Positions 37,868 through 50,288 of a stretch of 64,000 nucleotides of DNA are shown one piece after another. Below the pieces are notes generated by a model. The model made no database searches. It was not told where the DNA came from and saw nothing but the letters and a program-made list of their open reading frames with translations. Source of the stretch: Vicugna vicugna (Eukaryota). A program made the translations under genes and the position numbers. Every line of letters begins with the position of its first letter. The first letter of the stretch is position 1. Location of the stretch: positions 558,001 to 622,000 of the forward strand of contig MU058221.1 of the NCBI GenBank assembly GCA_013265495.1. The letters run 5' to 3'.

Positions 37868-39628
37868 GTAATTATCCGCGTAAATGACCCGTCTGATCCT
37901 GCCCCTCCTCCCACAACCTGCCTCAGCACAGAAATATCTGAAACAGAAAACGAGTGGTGGGCGGAACAGGCAATTTTAGGAATGATTATGGAAATTGTCT
38001 TGTAATCTCATTAATCTAGCTTTTCATAGACTAACGGACTAGAGAACGCCGTCCACTTACATTTAGCAAGTTCTGCAATAATCAAACAGTCTCTATCAGG
38101 AAATGTCTTTATGTAAAAGTAGGAGGCATTGGTTCAGTAGAGACAAGATATGAGTAAGTGACCATGATGAAATGCTGGGATGTAAATATGTTTGTATATG
38201 ATTAACATGAGTTAATATGCATATACATACAAATACAAACACCGGTCTCGTCTGCATTGTGTCTAAATCAGTATGTACTTGCCTTCTTATTTATAAACGA
38301 TACACAGATTGGTTAGTGTGATAACAGCTGAAGGAAATATTTTGCATTGTGATGGTTTTGAAATCTAGTTCCCATTGAAAAGCTTTAATTTCTCCTCTGT
38401 GTTGAAACCTAGCTCAACCTCAAGAAACATGGTTTTGTTGCTTTGTTCAAAAATGCGTGTCACTCGGCCACTGAGTTCTGAGCTTTCAACTGTTTCTGTT
38501 TTTCGTTTCGGCTCTTTTGCTGGCTGGGAGCGGATGAAGCAAGGTCAGGAGGGGCGTGAAGCCCGCGTTGGAACCTGAAGGAGGCCTAAGGGGGCTCTCG
38601 TTTGCTGAAGGCTGGCATTTCCTCACTTCCGTCCTCTCTGGGGACAAACCGCGTGGCCGCCGTGTCCCGTCTGTGTCTGGATAACCTTTGCTCTAGACGA
38701 CTGTGTGTGGATTAACTCATGATGGTTATTGATTCAGACTGCCTACAGCGGAGGCAGAAACCAGCCTCGTCCGCTCCCCATCACAGCAGCAGCTCCCGGA
38801 CCAATTTCTAGAATCACTAGATGTTGATTCTAATAAGAAATACAAGCATTTTTTTCTTTCCTGAAATTAAATTCTGAATTGCTAGTAGATTAGAAGTAGT
38901 TAGGCTGAAGATTTACATTAACTCAGAAAGCTTTCTAACCAAATAAGAAAAAAACAACTAGAACACGGTTTACATTGTAAAAGGTTTGAGTCTCTTGACG
39001 CTGTGCGCAAAGTGTAATTTGCATATAAACAATTGGAATGGCAATCATAATTATTTTCCTTTCAAGAAAGCACATTAAGGATGTCTAAGGGGTAGTGATG
39101 TTTAAGTCTAATTTTAACACTGGTTTGTGTTTAAATGGGGTAATAATGCATAATTGATTTAAATACTTTTTATTCTGGAGCTGAAATCTTCTTCCTGTGG
39201 TGCTCCGACCCTCCCCACGCCCAGTCTCAGTGTCCAGGGGAAAAGGGGACACTTGGTCGCAGAAGCGCGGTGAGTCTGCAGCTCCAGTCTGGGATCTCAC
39301 GCCTTGGAAGGCCCCCAGTCTGCTGTTCATTTCACAGTGCTTTGTGAAAAACTTCTTGAATGAACTACGGAAACTCAATTTTCAGACTTATTGCAGAGAG
39401 TCAGAAAATAACTCCACTAACAGAGAAGTGGAACTGAGGTTCACAAAGAAGGCTTTGCTCCAGAACCTACTACTGGGCACTAGGCTTGGCCCTGATTTAC
39501 AAATAAAGACGACATACGGCGCTGGCTGATTGCTGGTGTCCCTTGTCATTATTAAGTCCTCAAAGGCCTCAGTGTCAGACATGCACCATTTGGAACAATA
39601 ATTGTGTAGCGTTTAAGAATACTGTATC

Positions 39629-39815
39629 TGGGGGCAGGTGCAGCTCCACCGATAGAATGCCTGCTTAGCACGCGTGAGGTCCAGGGTTCGATCCCCAGTG
39701 CCTCCATTAAAAACAACAAGTAAGCAAGCAAACCTAATTACCTCCCCCCAAAACAACAAAAATAACAGCAAGAACAAAAAACAAAGTTAAAAAACTTTTT
39801 TTAATTAAAAAATAA
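39629..39815 (+). mobile_element. tRNA-derived SINE, Vic-1-like
   Basis: tgcttagcacgcgtgaggtccagggttcgatccccagtgcctcc...aaacctaattacctcccccc plus an A-rich tail. Confidence 0.9.
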
Positions 39816-40261
39816 AACAGTCCTTTATCTGCAGTCAGAATATTAAGGGTTTAAAGCCAAGATGTGTTACTTTCTGTGTGGCCTTGAGAAGGTTACAAAC
39901 CTTTCCGAAGCCTCGGTTACCCGTCCCAGTGAAATGTTACTATGAATCTCATTTTATCGTGAAGATAAAATGAGAAAATAAACAAGTCTTTAGCACAAAG
40001 ATCGGCAGACAGTCACTGCTTCAAAGGGTTAGCGTGTATTCACGCTGCTAACGCAGTGGTAAACGTTAAGCCATTTGCAGATGAGTCTGATTTCTTGTTT
40101 CTGATAAATGCAAATCAGTGTTACGAGACAGACTTGGTTTCGCTTGAAGTTGATTACATTAATAGCACTCATTGTGCGGGCAAAGGCTAGACAAGTGTCA
40201 AGGAGGCTGTTGATGAAGGGAGACAAAATGTTAGTGGGAGCTGAAAAAGAAGGGAAGACGT

Positions 40262-40737
40262 TGAAGCGGGAGGAAGGGAGGCAGGGCACAATCATGAAGG
40301 AAGGACACAGCCACTGAGGACAGGACAGACTGGTTAGAACCAAGACGGCGGGAGGCTCGACTTCCAGTGGGCCCTGAGCCTCATGGCGCAGCCACGGCGC
40401 CGTGACAGGTCCTAGGCTGACCATGAAAGCTCAAAAAGTGGGTGGGGGGCGCTTCCTGGAAATCCTCGCCCCTTCCCCAGAGCGGCTGGGACAACTCTCC
40501 TGCTCGTGAGCACGTGATGTTCCCGAGCCCAGGGAAGCTAATGGCTCCGCGCCTCGAGGCCGCGCTCTGTCCTGCCGTCTGAGACGGCCTGCACCCTGCC
40601 GCGGGGTGTCCGTCTCCCAGGCTGTTTTGTGTTTTCCCTCCTGTGGGGCGTGTCTCTCTCTAAACAGTCTTTCACTTCAAGAGCCCTGCTCTGGAAGTCT
40701 TTCCTGCACAAGGCAAGAACGTCTCCCACAACAAACT
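40262..40737 (+). mobile_element. ERV1 solo LTR, MER41-like (artiodactyl type)
   Basis: tg start, gcagggcacaatcat...ctggttagaaccaagacggcgg...gacttccagtgg...aaaagtggg...ttcctggaaatcc...ccccttcccc, aca end. Matches the recalled MER41_BT/MER41_Vpa layout. Confidence 0.75.
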
Positions 40738-41224
40738 TACTGGGAGGCGAAATCGATGGTGATTTGTGCTTTTCAGTGAAACAGTTGGCAGAATCATACC
40801 CTGTTGTTGCTTGGAAAACACAGAAGGTATTTAATAAAACTGTGAATCTAAGGTTTCCAGGAAAAGTATTATAAACTTGCTTTTTTTTTTAAGCTGTGTG
40901 TATTAAGCTATAGGAAGAGAAAGCTGAACTAAAGGAGAAATTTTCAGTTCACAAGTGGCATTAGGAGTAAATGTAGATGGCACGGGACTGGATTAGTTTG
41001 AAAAGAAAACTGCATTTTCTCCAGCCCTTCCCATTAGTAAACGATTCTCAAAATAAGAAATGGCCCCGTGGTAAGAATTAAGTTTAGTGTGGCTTTAGGA
41101 TCCTCTGTTAGTAATTTAGAAACTTATCGAGGTGCTAGGTAGACCCCATCAGCTACACAGAATGTGTCCTAAGGATCTTACAGGCTCTGCCCCGTCCTCT
41201 GCACAAAATAGGGGAGGTCTGTTT

Positions 41225-41726
41225 TGGAAATGACTGTGGATAACACTTCTTGTTTCCCTGCTCAGGGAAGCCCTCAGGAGCCAGGCACGGTGAGGTGAGA
41301 GCAGGTTCATTCAGAGAAAGGAGGGGGCACGTTCCACGGGCACAGCGCGGGCCGTCCCGCAGGGTGAGGAGGAGAGAGGCCGGGGGCGTGGGGGGGTGGT
41401 TTAAAGTGGAAATAGATACACGTTCCATAGACAGGACACAGGCCATCTCAGAAGGCGAGAGAGAGAGAGCGCGCAAACACGGGCGCAGGGTGGCTGGTGT
41501 CTGTGGACTTGGTAGCTTCACGTGCTAAGGGGAGGGGGGATCATGCCAGCCGTCTTGCAGAAGGAGCAGGGATTTCCAGGGACTGGGCCCCCCGCCCGCC
41601 TTCCGAGCTTTCACGGCCGGTCTAGGAGCTGTCCTGCGCCTGGGAGTCGCACCTTCGGCCGTCTCGGTCCTGACCGCTCTGTCCTGTCCTCGGCGCTGTC
41701 ACTCCTGCCCCCTCCGTCCTGTCTCA
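41225..41726 (-). mobile_element. ERV1 solo LTR, MER41-like, inverted relative to 40262-40737
   Basis: Reverse complement begins tgagacaggacggagggggcagg...gaggacaggacagagcggtcaggaccgagacggc, aligning with gaggacaggacagactggttagaaccaagacggc of the first LTR. Confidence 0.75.
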
Positions 41727-44544
41727 TGTTGAGGCGTGACGCGAACAGCAGTTACACGCATACAAAGCTCACGGCATTTTTAAGGGCGCAGTATCAGAAT
41801 GGACTAGCAGTGCCAGCAGCCATTCGGAATAAAAAGACATGCCCACACCGACGCTTCTATGACCACGGCGCAGCCTGGGAAGACGCTCAGCTTCAAACAC
41901 CGCTTACTTCTGGCAGGAAAGAAAGTGCACCTCACAGGTTAGAGCCGGGAGTCACCAGGGACACAGGATCGGAGAGTCGCACCCCGGCTCCAGACGCTAA
42001 CCGAGGCGACTCCCCGTCCTTGGAGTGGGGAGCCCTGAGGACGCACCCCTAGCTGCTTCCAGAACTGCCCGGACCAGTGACCGCCTCTCGTTTCTCAGCT
42101 TCTTGAACAGGAGTGTCTGCTGTGGTTATACTGAGCTTGTGTCACTGTTGTATGTTGGCAGTTCGAAGAGTCAAACGTATCTCTTGAGTTCATGGACTCC
42201 TGGAATGATGGAAACAAATGAAGTGCTCTGCGAAGCAGCAGCAGTGTGAATACCCACAACCGATACGAATGACGAACATGGACTTCAAGACTGGCACTTT
42301 GACTGAGGAAGATACTGGCGTTTTGGCAAAGTGCACGTACGCTTTACAGATGGTCTGGGGCGGAAATCGCTGGACTCAGGCAGCAGGACAGGGTAAAGCG
42401 CCACATGACTCTGACTTGCCCATCTGAACAGTCATGGCCAGAGGAACATCCACACACAGAACCCAAGCCGAGACATGGTGAATGGCTCCACATCGGGGCT
42501 TGCCCTCCGTCGGTATGTGAGGGGAAGATCGCACTTCGCACGCTGCGTGTGAAAGGTCACGTGGAGAGACCCCGGGGATCCTCGCCACCTCAAGCAGGGC
42601 CAGCCTTTTACCAAACCTGCCGGCTGAGCGCAGCTGCATGAGTAACCCCGGATGAGATCAGCAAAGGGAATTTTTTCCCACAAAATTAATATAGACGCAT
42701 TTTTGTTTAGTCTTTTAAACAGGAGCGTGCTTGTATGGCACAGGTAACCAATGCGGTGATTAATGCCACCAATTCCAACACCAGTGACCTAGCTCACGAA
42801 CGCATGCATGTCGTGGTTACAAAGAATAAAAATAATGAAACAATCCCGGTCTTTAAAAGAAAAAAAAGAAAAGAAAAGAAACGTAAGGGGGAAGGACATT
42901 TCTTTGTTGCAAATTAGTTGAATTAATAAACCGTGTAGCTTTTTCTCTTTTTGTTTTTAGATCATTTTTCTCATCTATGGAATAACAAAACATAATTTTG
43001 CCCATTTAACCCTTTCCCCATTTGAGGATTAGATGAGCTAATATATGCCAGCCTCTCTGAAAACTATAAAACATCTAGAATAAAGCTGTTTGTAAAGATA
43101 GGTAGAAGGAATTTCGTGGTTGGAAACACATTTTAAGCACTGAGTCTATCACATCGTTCCCTAGGGATGTTTGGAAAGCTAGTTGGAAATGTAATGAGAT
43201 TTTTAACTGATAATGCAAACATACAATTTTTTTTGAATTTTTGCCAATAGTAAATACTTTGAGAAATTATACCTTTTTTGTCTCAAATAGAATGAGAAAG
43301 ACTCTTGATCCCTATTTTTGAAATTCTAAGGCTTTCAAAACGCAAGACGTGCGTAATTTCACATTTTGGATTGTGGTAGGAACTTGGTCTCTCCATAATT
43401 AGTGGACACTTATGTCATATTCCAAAAAATCTCAGCTAACAAAGAGGTCTTACATGCTCTCTTTCCCTGGAAAAGCCCGTGACCCCTTAATAAGTCACAA
43501 TAATTTTCCTAAAAAAAAAATACTGTGAGTTCTTTCAAATGTATGTCATTAGTAATCCTTTCAAATAACCTCTTGGAGTAGGTTGCTTTGTAACTGCAAC
43601 CTCCAGCTTCTCTCTTCTGCTGTTTATCACAACATCTAATCTTTCCTACTTGAATATCACTGTGCCCTTCTGCCTCTCGTGGGCACGGGACAACTCTTGG
43701 AGAAGGTCTTATATATGTTTGGATGTAAGAGATGCTTTGTTCCTGGTGAGCACCAATCTCTTTCTTTTTTTCTGCAAAAGAGTTCTTAGAAATGGCAACA
43801 ATTGCTCCCCTCCGTCGCTCTTTCACTCTCTTTCCCCCTCAGTTCCCCCCATTCCCGTCCTCATCTTCCTCCTCATCCTCCTTCTCCTCTTTCTTTTTAA
43901 AAGTCTGAATCTCTTTTGCTTTCTTGCCTCAAGAATCAGAATACAAATACATCTCATCAATATTTCAAGAGAGCATGTCTTTCGGAACTTGAGCAGTATG
44001 GGGAGCCAAAAAGATGCCCATCTGTTCCCTGTTCTCCACTGTACAACAGCCCAAGCTGTGTGACTAACGGGACAGAGCCCTGGGGATTGCGCTAAAAAGC
44101 AGACGGGATAAGCATGGAGCCCGTGAGGCACATTGGGTTGAGGGAGTGACATAATATTAAGAAGCCTCACTACCTCTGTCACCCTCTGCCCGCATACACA
44201 CGACGCATGATTGTTCCTTAACTCCTGTCTTACGTGGCATTTCATCAACAGCCGTTTCTACACATGCTTGGCAGGAGATCCTAGTTAGGTCAGTTACTAG
44301 AGATGGAAGTCAGGTACCACTTCCCACGAATACTGATAAGTTATCTCACTAAATAAACAAGCTGTAATTACACACGCCTCTTACTTAAGTCAAAACAATG
44401 AGTATGCAGTGGGGGAACAGTAAATGCACAGTCCTGAGATTAATTCATGCATTATAAACATTGACTAAGACAAGACTTTATTTTCTTTGCCTTGGGTAAG
44501 TAATTTTACTACGGATTAAGTGGCATTAAAACATAGTCTGTGGA

Positions 44545-44827
44545 CATAGAAAACAAACTTGTGGTGGCCAAGGGGGAGGGGGTGGGAAGGGACAGACTGG
44601 GAGTTTGAGATTTGTTGATACTGACAGGTGTATGCAGAATAGATAAACAAGAGTGTCCTGTACAGCACAGGGAAATGTATACAAGATCTTGTGGTAGCTC
44701 ACGGGGAAAAAGTATGCGACAATGAATATACGTATGTTCATGAGTGACTGAAGCACTGTGCTGTGCACCAGAAATTGACACAATGTAGTAAACTGACTGT
44801 AACTCGATTAAAAAACGTATATATATA
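44545..44827 (+). mobile_element. 5'-truncated LINE-1 3' UTR with TSD
   Basis: Same 3' UTR family. 18-bp TSD taaa[a/g]catag[t/c]ctgtgga at 44527-44544 and 44828-44845. Confidence 0.92.
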
Positions 44828-45403
44828 TAAAGCATAGCCTGTGGAACTCTTTTGTAGCAGTGCAGGGGAAAGAATCTTGTGATTTATTATTATAATGATA
44901 ATAATGACGTTGCTCCATTTATGCTCTGAGGGCTGTTTGAATCACGTTACATGCAGCATCTTATTCAGTCGTTCCTGAAGGCGGTGGATACTGTATCTTT
45001 CTGATTTTACAGATTAGGGAAATGAGGGTCAGAGAAATTAAAACCTTTGTGCAACCTGGAAAATGGAGCTGAGAATCAGCCACTTCTATGCCAGATTCTC
45101 AGTGCCTGGTTTTTAACCAAATCAATCACTGTAGGAGTAGTTGCTCCCCAACACGTGCATTTGCAAAACAAACCTAAATTGTTACAATTATTTAAAGCCA
45201 TGTTTCCCATCTTTTAAATTATACTGCAAAACTCGACCAAAGTGACACTAAGTGACTTATTTTTATTGAAATTTGACATCAAACTCTATTTTAATTATTA
45301 TACCATATAGATGCAAATCCATCTATAAAACCTGAAAAACAGTTTATTGTCATATAAAATAAAATCCTGAATGAAAAAAAAAGTTGTGGCATTTACGCTT
45401 GTG

Positions 45404-45407
<4 letters not shown>

Positions 45408-45441
<34 letters not shown>
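45408..45441. repeat. (AC)17 microsatellite
   Basis: Perfect AC repeat. Confidence 0.97.
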
Positions 45442-45443
<2 letters not shown>

Positions 45444-46244
45444 ACGTTAATCCAAGTATTGTTTCAAAATTTTTGTCTAAACTAAAATTATACTTGGGGG
45501 AAATCTGCAATGTAATATTGGGCTACAGGGATATACAACGATTTAAAAGAAGATTTCAACACTTACAAACCCAATGGAAATAAATTTTAGCTGTATTTAG
45601 CAAAATGTTGTAGGAAATGTAAATTTGAAGGAAAACATATAGTATAACCTAATGAAAGATGAGCAAAGAAAAGAAATCTCTCCTCGTAGTTGCAGTGCTG
45701 CTCGGAATGCTCCACCCATCACCAGGATCGCTGGTGCCTGCCACGTGGTTAGGAAGCACGGCAGTTCACCAGCACCTACAGTGACCGTACCTCACACCGC
45801 CCTCAGAGCACTGCTTTCCTTGCTGTGCCCCTTGAATTATTATGGACTGTTCCCGCCACTAGATATAAAGCTGCTTTTCTGACACAGACAACGTAAGGCC
45901 ATCTCTTTTTATTGCGTGCTTCTTCGTACCAAAGAAAGTACTGTGGAAGAGCAAGGCTCAGTGTTTAATAGGGAGATAGATGCTTTAATTTGACAGTTTT
46001 TTAAGGATATAAAATTGGAGAAGTTGAATTGACTATTAAGAGGAAATGATAAATGCTGTTAAAAATAGCTTATATAATAGACTGAGTTGTCACAGCATGC
46101 CACATTTAATTTGCAGTACATACCTGCACCAGTGATCAGAATGTTTTAGGAGCATTGACGAGCTCCTAAGCTCAGTAGCTGGTAGCAGGGGCAGAATGCG
46201 TGGGTCGCCTCCCAGGAAGAGCACGATGAAAGGTATTGACTTAC

Positions 46245-46334
46245 CAGTGTAGGAGCAGGTTAATAGTTTAGCAGATTGCATGACTGTACTGATCCTAACA
46301 GTGGAGGGTCAGCTCTGAGACTACAATGTACTTT
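46245..46334 (-). other. Candidate 90-nt exon (non-coding, or start-codon exon MQSAKLLTCSYT)
   Basis: Minus strand reads ggcccttcgtacttcag|AAAG...ACACTG|gtaagt, with ATG at 46281. An alternative acceptor lies near 46354. Confidence 0.3.
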
Positions 46335-49254
46335 CTGAAGTACGAAGGGCCTTCTAAATGATTACAGTTTAAGTGAATTGTCCAAAGCACCATCCCATCT
46401 GGTTTAATCACGTTTTTGACTGTTTGTCTTTTAAAATACCATGGAAGGGAAATATTACAAATATCAAGACATTTGAATTACAATGTGCATTGCATCAATT
46501 TTAGCATATTTGCCCAATATTTACCACATGGATTTTAACATATTGGATTCTCAATATTCAAAAGATAAGTTCACCAAAGTTCTATCTGAGAAGTAGCAAT
46601 ACTGCTTAAAAGCAGAATAAAAGTTTACCAATAGAATTAATGATGATTCATCTGTTAAACAGCTTCTTATGCCTTTTCCTCTTTTTTAGTAACTGTCCCT
46701 AAATTTTAAATAACATACACTTGAAAAAATGCATGAAAAAATAAAACGAGTTCATAATTTTCACTTCACATCTGTATAATCTTAGGTGTGGTAAGGTTTC
46801 ATTTCAGTTAAAACTGTCAGGTTTTTTTTTATGGTGCTACTGCTATTAAGCTTTCCATGGATAAAAAGAGATTTAACTGGAGGTTAGCACTCAACTAAGA
46901 AAAGAAAAGGCAATGTACTTAAATCTAAAGTTCAAAGACAATTCAAAGAAGGACAAGATATCAGAAGGTAACATATGACTCACTAAGAAATAAAAGGTAC
47001 GTAGATTAAGAATGTTGGTGTGTGTTCAATGATACAGAAGTGGAATGTCAGAGGTCAAAAGCATGAATGGGAATCAAGTGTCAGAAACCACTTAAAACCA
47101 TTAATCAGAGGACTGGCAGGAAAAAGACGTTGAGTTTAGATCAACTGTGTAACCTTCCCTCACTCCATTACAGAGAAGCCTAATGGAATGTAAGGTACAA
47201 GGGACCATGCATGTGACTAAATCTTCAAAAATATTGCTTGGATGTTTGATTCCCTGAGATGAGATTGAAAGAGAATGCAAACAGTCACTCTCAAGGCATC
47301 CTCTCTGTCGTTTCAGTGAGAACGAGGAAAACGTAAATTCTGAAAATAAGGGCAAAACATCAAAGAGGGGACAAAAATGACTACGATGTTGGTTTAAAAA
47401 AGGCACACTGAAAAATAAGCACAATAAAAAACAGATGATGACATAAACACCAAACAATAAGAAGAAAATCATGGAGAACTAAGATATTCATAAGCGATAA
47501 AACCAGAGCCGTCCCCGCAGACAGCGGGTCTGTGACTTAGCGCAGGAGTCTGAAAGCCCCAGTACGAAGAGGCAACTGTCAGAGACGGAAACTGTGAAGG
47601 ACATTATTTAATAAGAAAGACAGAAAACAGGGCTCTAAGACACGGGGATTAGGGCTCTCATGGAAGAGGACGAATGCGTTGTGAAGAAGTAATAACCAAA
47701 GACATAATGGGAAATGTTCTTGAGCAGAGGAAAGTTTTGCTTCTAAATAAAAAAAAATGATCATCTCCCTTGAATTATTTGAAAAGGAGGCCAACGGTGA
47801 TGAAGCCAAGTCCACGAGACAGGACAGATTTCAGCGGTGACCGGGGAACCTGGGCCTGGGTGTGATGGGCACACCCAACAGAACGGGAAGATTAACGTGA
47901 ACAAGTCAAGAGTTGTAACCTCATAGTGCAAAGTGCCTAATAATGAGTGAAATAATTGGTGCATAGAACTTCTTACAAGGCATTTGTACGTTCAAAAAAA
48001 TCCTAAATTTAAATGTTATTTTCGTTAAAGAATTTATTTCACGTCATTAAAAAAATTGCTGTGAATACTTATACACAGTATCAAATATCACAGATTTAAT
48101 AACAAAGCAGTAAAAACTGAAGTATTTGCTGAAAGGAAGGAATTTTTGTACAATGTTTAGAATCAAATTTTAAATTTATAAAATCTAAAGGGTGATGAAT
48201 CCAAGTATATAAAACAGAATGTACACTTCCCAATTGTTAGAGGATGAGGGGAAAAAAGACATTGAGTTTATATATCAAAACATTTTTTAAAATTAGAAAA
48301 CAAACAACAGCAAAGCCAAAAAGGACGAATCTTCAACAATGAGCAATCTGATACGGTGTGGAAATAAAATTAAGATGAGACAAATGCCACAATTAAAAAA
48401 AGAAAAAGACTATTTCCTTGCAGTAAATTCCCAAAACAGGTGATCTCAGCCAAGGTTGTTGGCAGTCTTTATAATCTTGATCAGTAATGTCAAATTATTT
48501 GTCAGAAAACTTGGACCATTCTGTTAACAATGTTACAAAGAAATTGTTCTCACCCTGTCAAAGCTCAGACACTATCCAAGTTCTAATATTGCCATTTTCC
48601 TGGGTAAGCATCTCTCTTAATTTGCAGTTTGTTGATGACTATGGATGTAAATATTTTTAAAAAGTTATTGGACTGTGAATAAACTACCATGTTCGTCACC
48701 CATATTTCTTTTGGGACATTTTTCTCTAGAGTTGTAAGTATAACTTGTAATACATTATGTAGACTGTGTATGTATAAGGTATTACTCTTTTATTTATATT
48801 ACAAATACATACATTATATATCTAAGTCTCCCACTTACGTTTAATTTTATGATGCTCATTGGCATGCCAATTAAAATAATCATGTAGCTAAAATGCACTA
48901 TTCCATTAACTAATCCTTTCTTCCATTAAGGTTAGACTTTCAAATGCCTTCACCACCTTGAGATCAAATAAATATTTTCTTATAGCTGTTCTATGGTTCT
49001 ATATCTTCATTTAATTATTTGCTCTACACAAAATTTATTTTGCTATGATATCTGAAGTAGGAATTTAACTTCCTTTTCCAAGTAGATCACGATTGTCTAG
49101 GATCATTTTACCCCGTAGTGAACACTAGAGATTGCTGGAGTGGAGTGGCAGGTGCCGGGGAACTACAGACTGCTACAGATCACAGTTTACTCAGGAAGCA
49201 GGATGCACAGAGTCCATTTCTCAGACTCATTTTTAGAGCCTGTTTGTGTGAGTG

Positions 49255-50288
49255 ACTACATCTGGTGTCATGGTTTTGAATATCATGTATGTCTGATGAC
49301 TCCCAAATGAATGTCTGCAGACAACGCCGGACACCATCTCATTTCTAACACTCTCTCCTGATACATACGTGTGTATTAATATATTTATTCATAAGAGTTA
49401 AATTTAGAGATATTTGTGTCTGCCTACCCGATGGCTCTGCTGCAGCTCCTGGCTCCCCACCTTCGTGTCTGTGACAGAAGAGCATCACTCTCGAGTCCTC
49501 CAGTTACTAAGGCTCCAAACCTTCACTCGAGTATCAGCTCCTCTTTTTTCTATACCTTGCATCTCATACTGCAGCAGATCAACATACCTTTTAAAGATAC
49601 GCGTTCTCTGACCTCTTTTTACCTCCTCCACAGCAACTGCCCTGGTGCAAACCACCATGACCTTGGGCTGGAATATTGCGTTCCGCTCCTAACCACACTG
49701 CCTACCTACAGCGCTGCACGTTCTCCCCAGCTCTACAGTGTTTCTCCTCACAGGAGCCAGAGAAAACTTTTGAAACCAAAGTCAGATAGATATCATATCT
49801 TCCCCCCCAGATCTTCTAAGTTTCACATCTTATGAGGGAAGTCCTACATGACCGGCCCCTCCCTGGACTCATCAGCCACGGTCCATACTTGGCCGTCTTG
49901 CTGTCCCTCAAAGGACGCAGAGCCTTGATGACCATTTCCTCGTTCTGAAGCTTCCCCCTCAAGTCGTGCATTTAGCTCTTTCATTTGCTTCAAACCCCTG
50001 TTCAATTTTCACCATATTGACATCGACCTAATCATCCTGTATGAAATTCCACCCCCCCACTCTGCCCAGTTTCTCTGTTAATTTTCTTCAGGCTCCTGCA
50101 CAGCTCTCACCACTGAGCTGCGACACATCCATTTCATCACCCACGTCTTTCTTTTTCCACTCGATTGCTCAGGTCTATGACAACAGGGACCCCGCTGTGT
50201 TTACTTTGCCACATGCTGTGGTGCAGACTGGCAAAAGGTTGAGCTTCAGTATATTTGCTGAATGAATAAACAAACGAGTGAGTAAGTA
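49255..50288 (+). mobile_element. LINE-2 remnant (RT to 3' end)
   Basis: Degenerate RT YADD segment tatgtctgatgactcccaaat at ~49288 and L2 tail cagtatatttgctgaatgaataaa. Confidence 0.8.
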
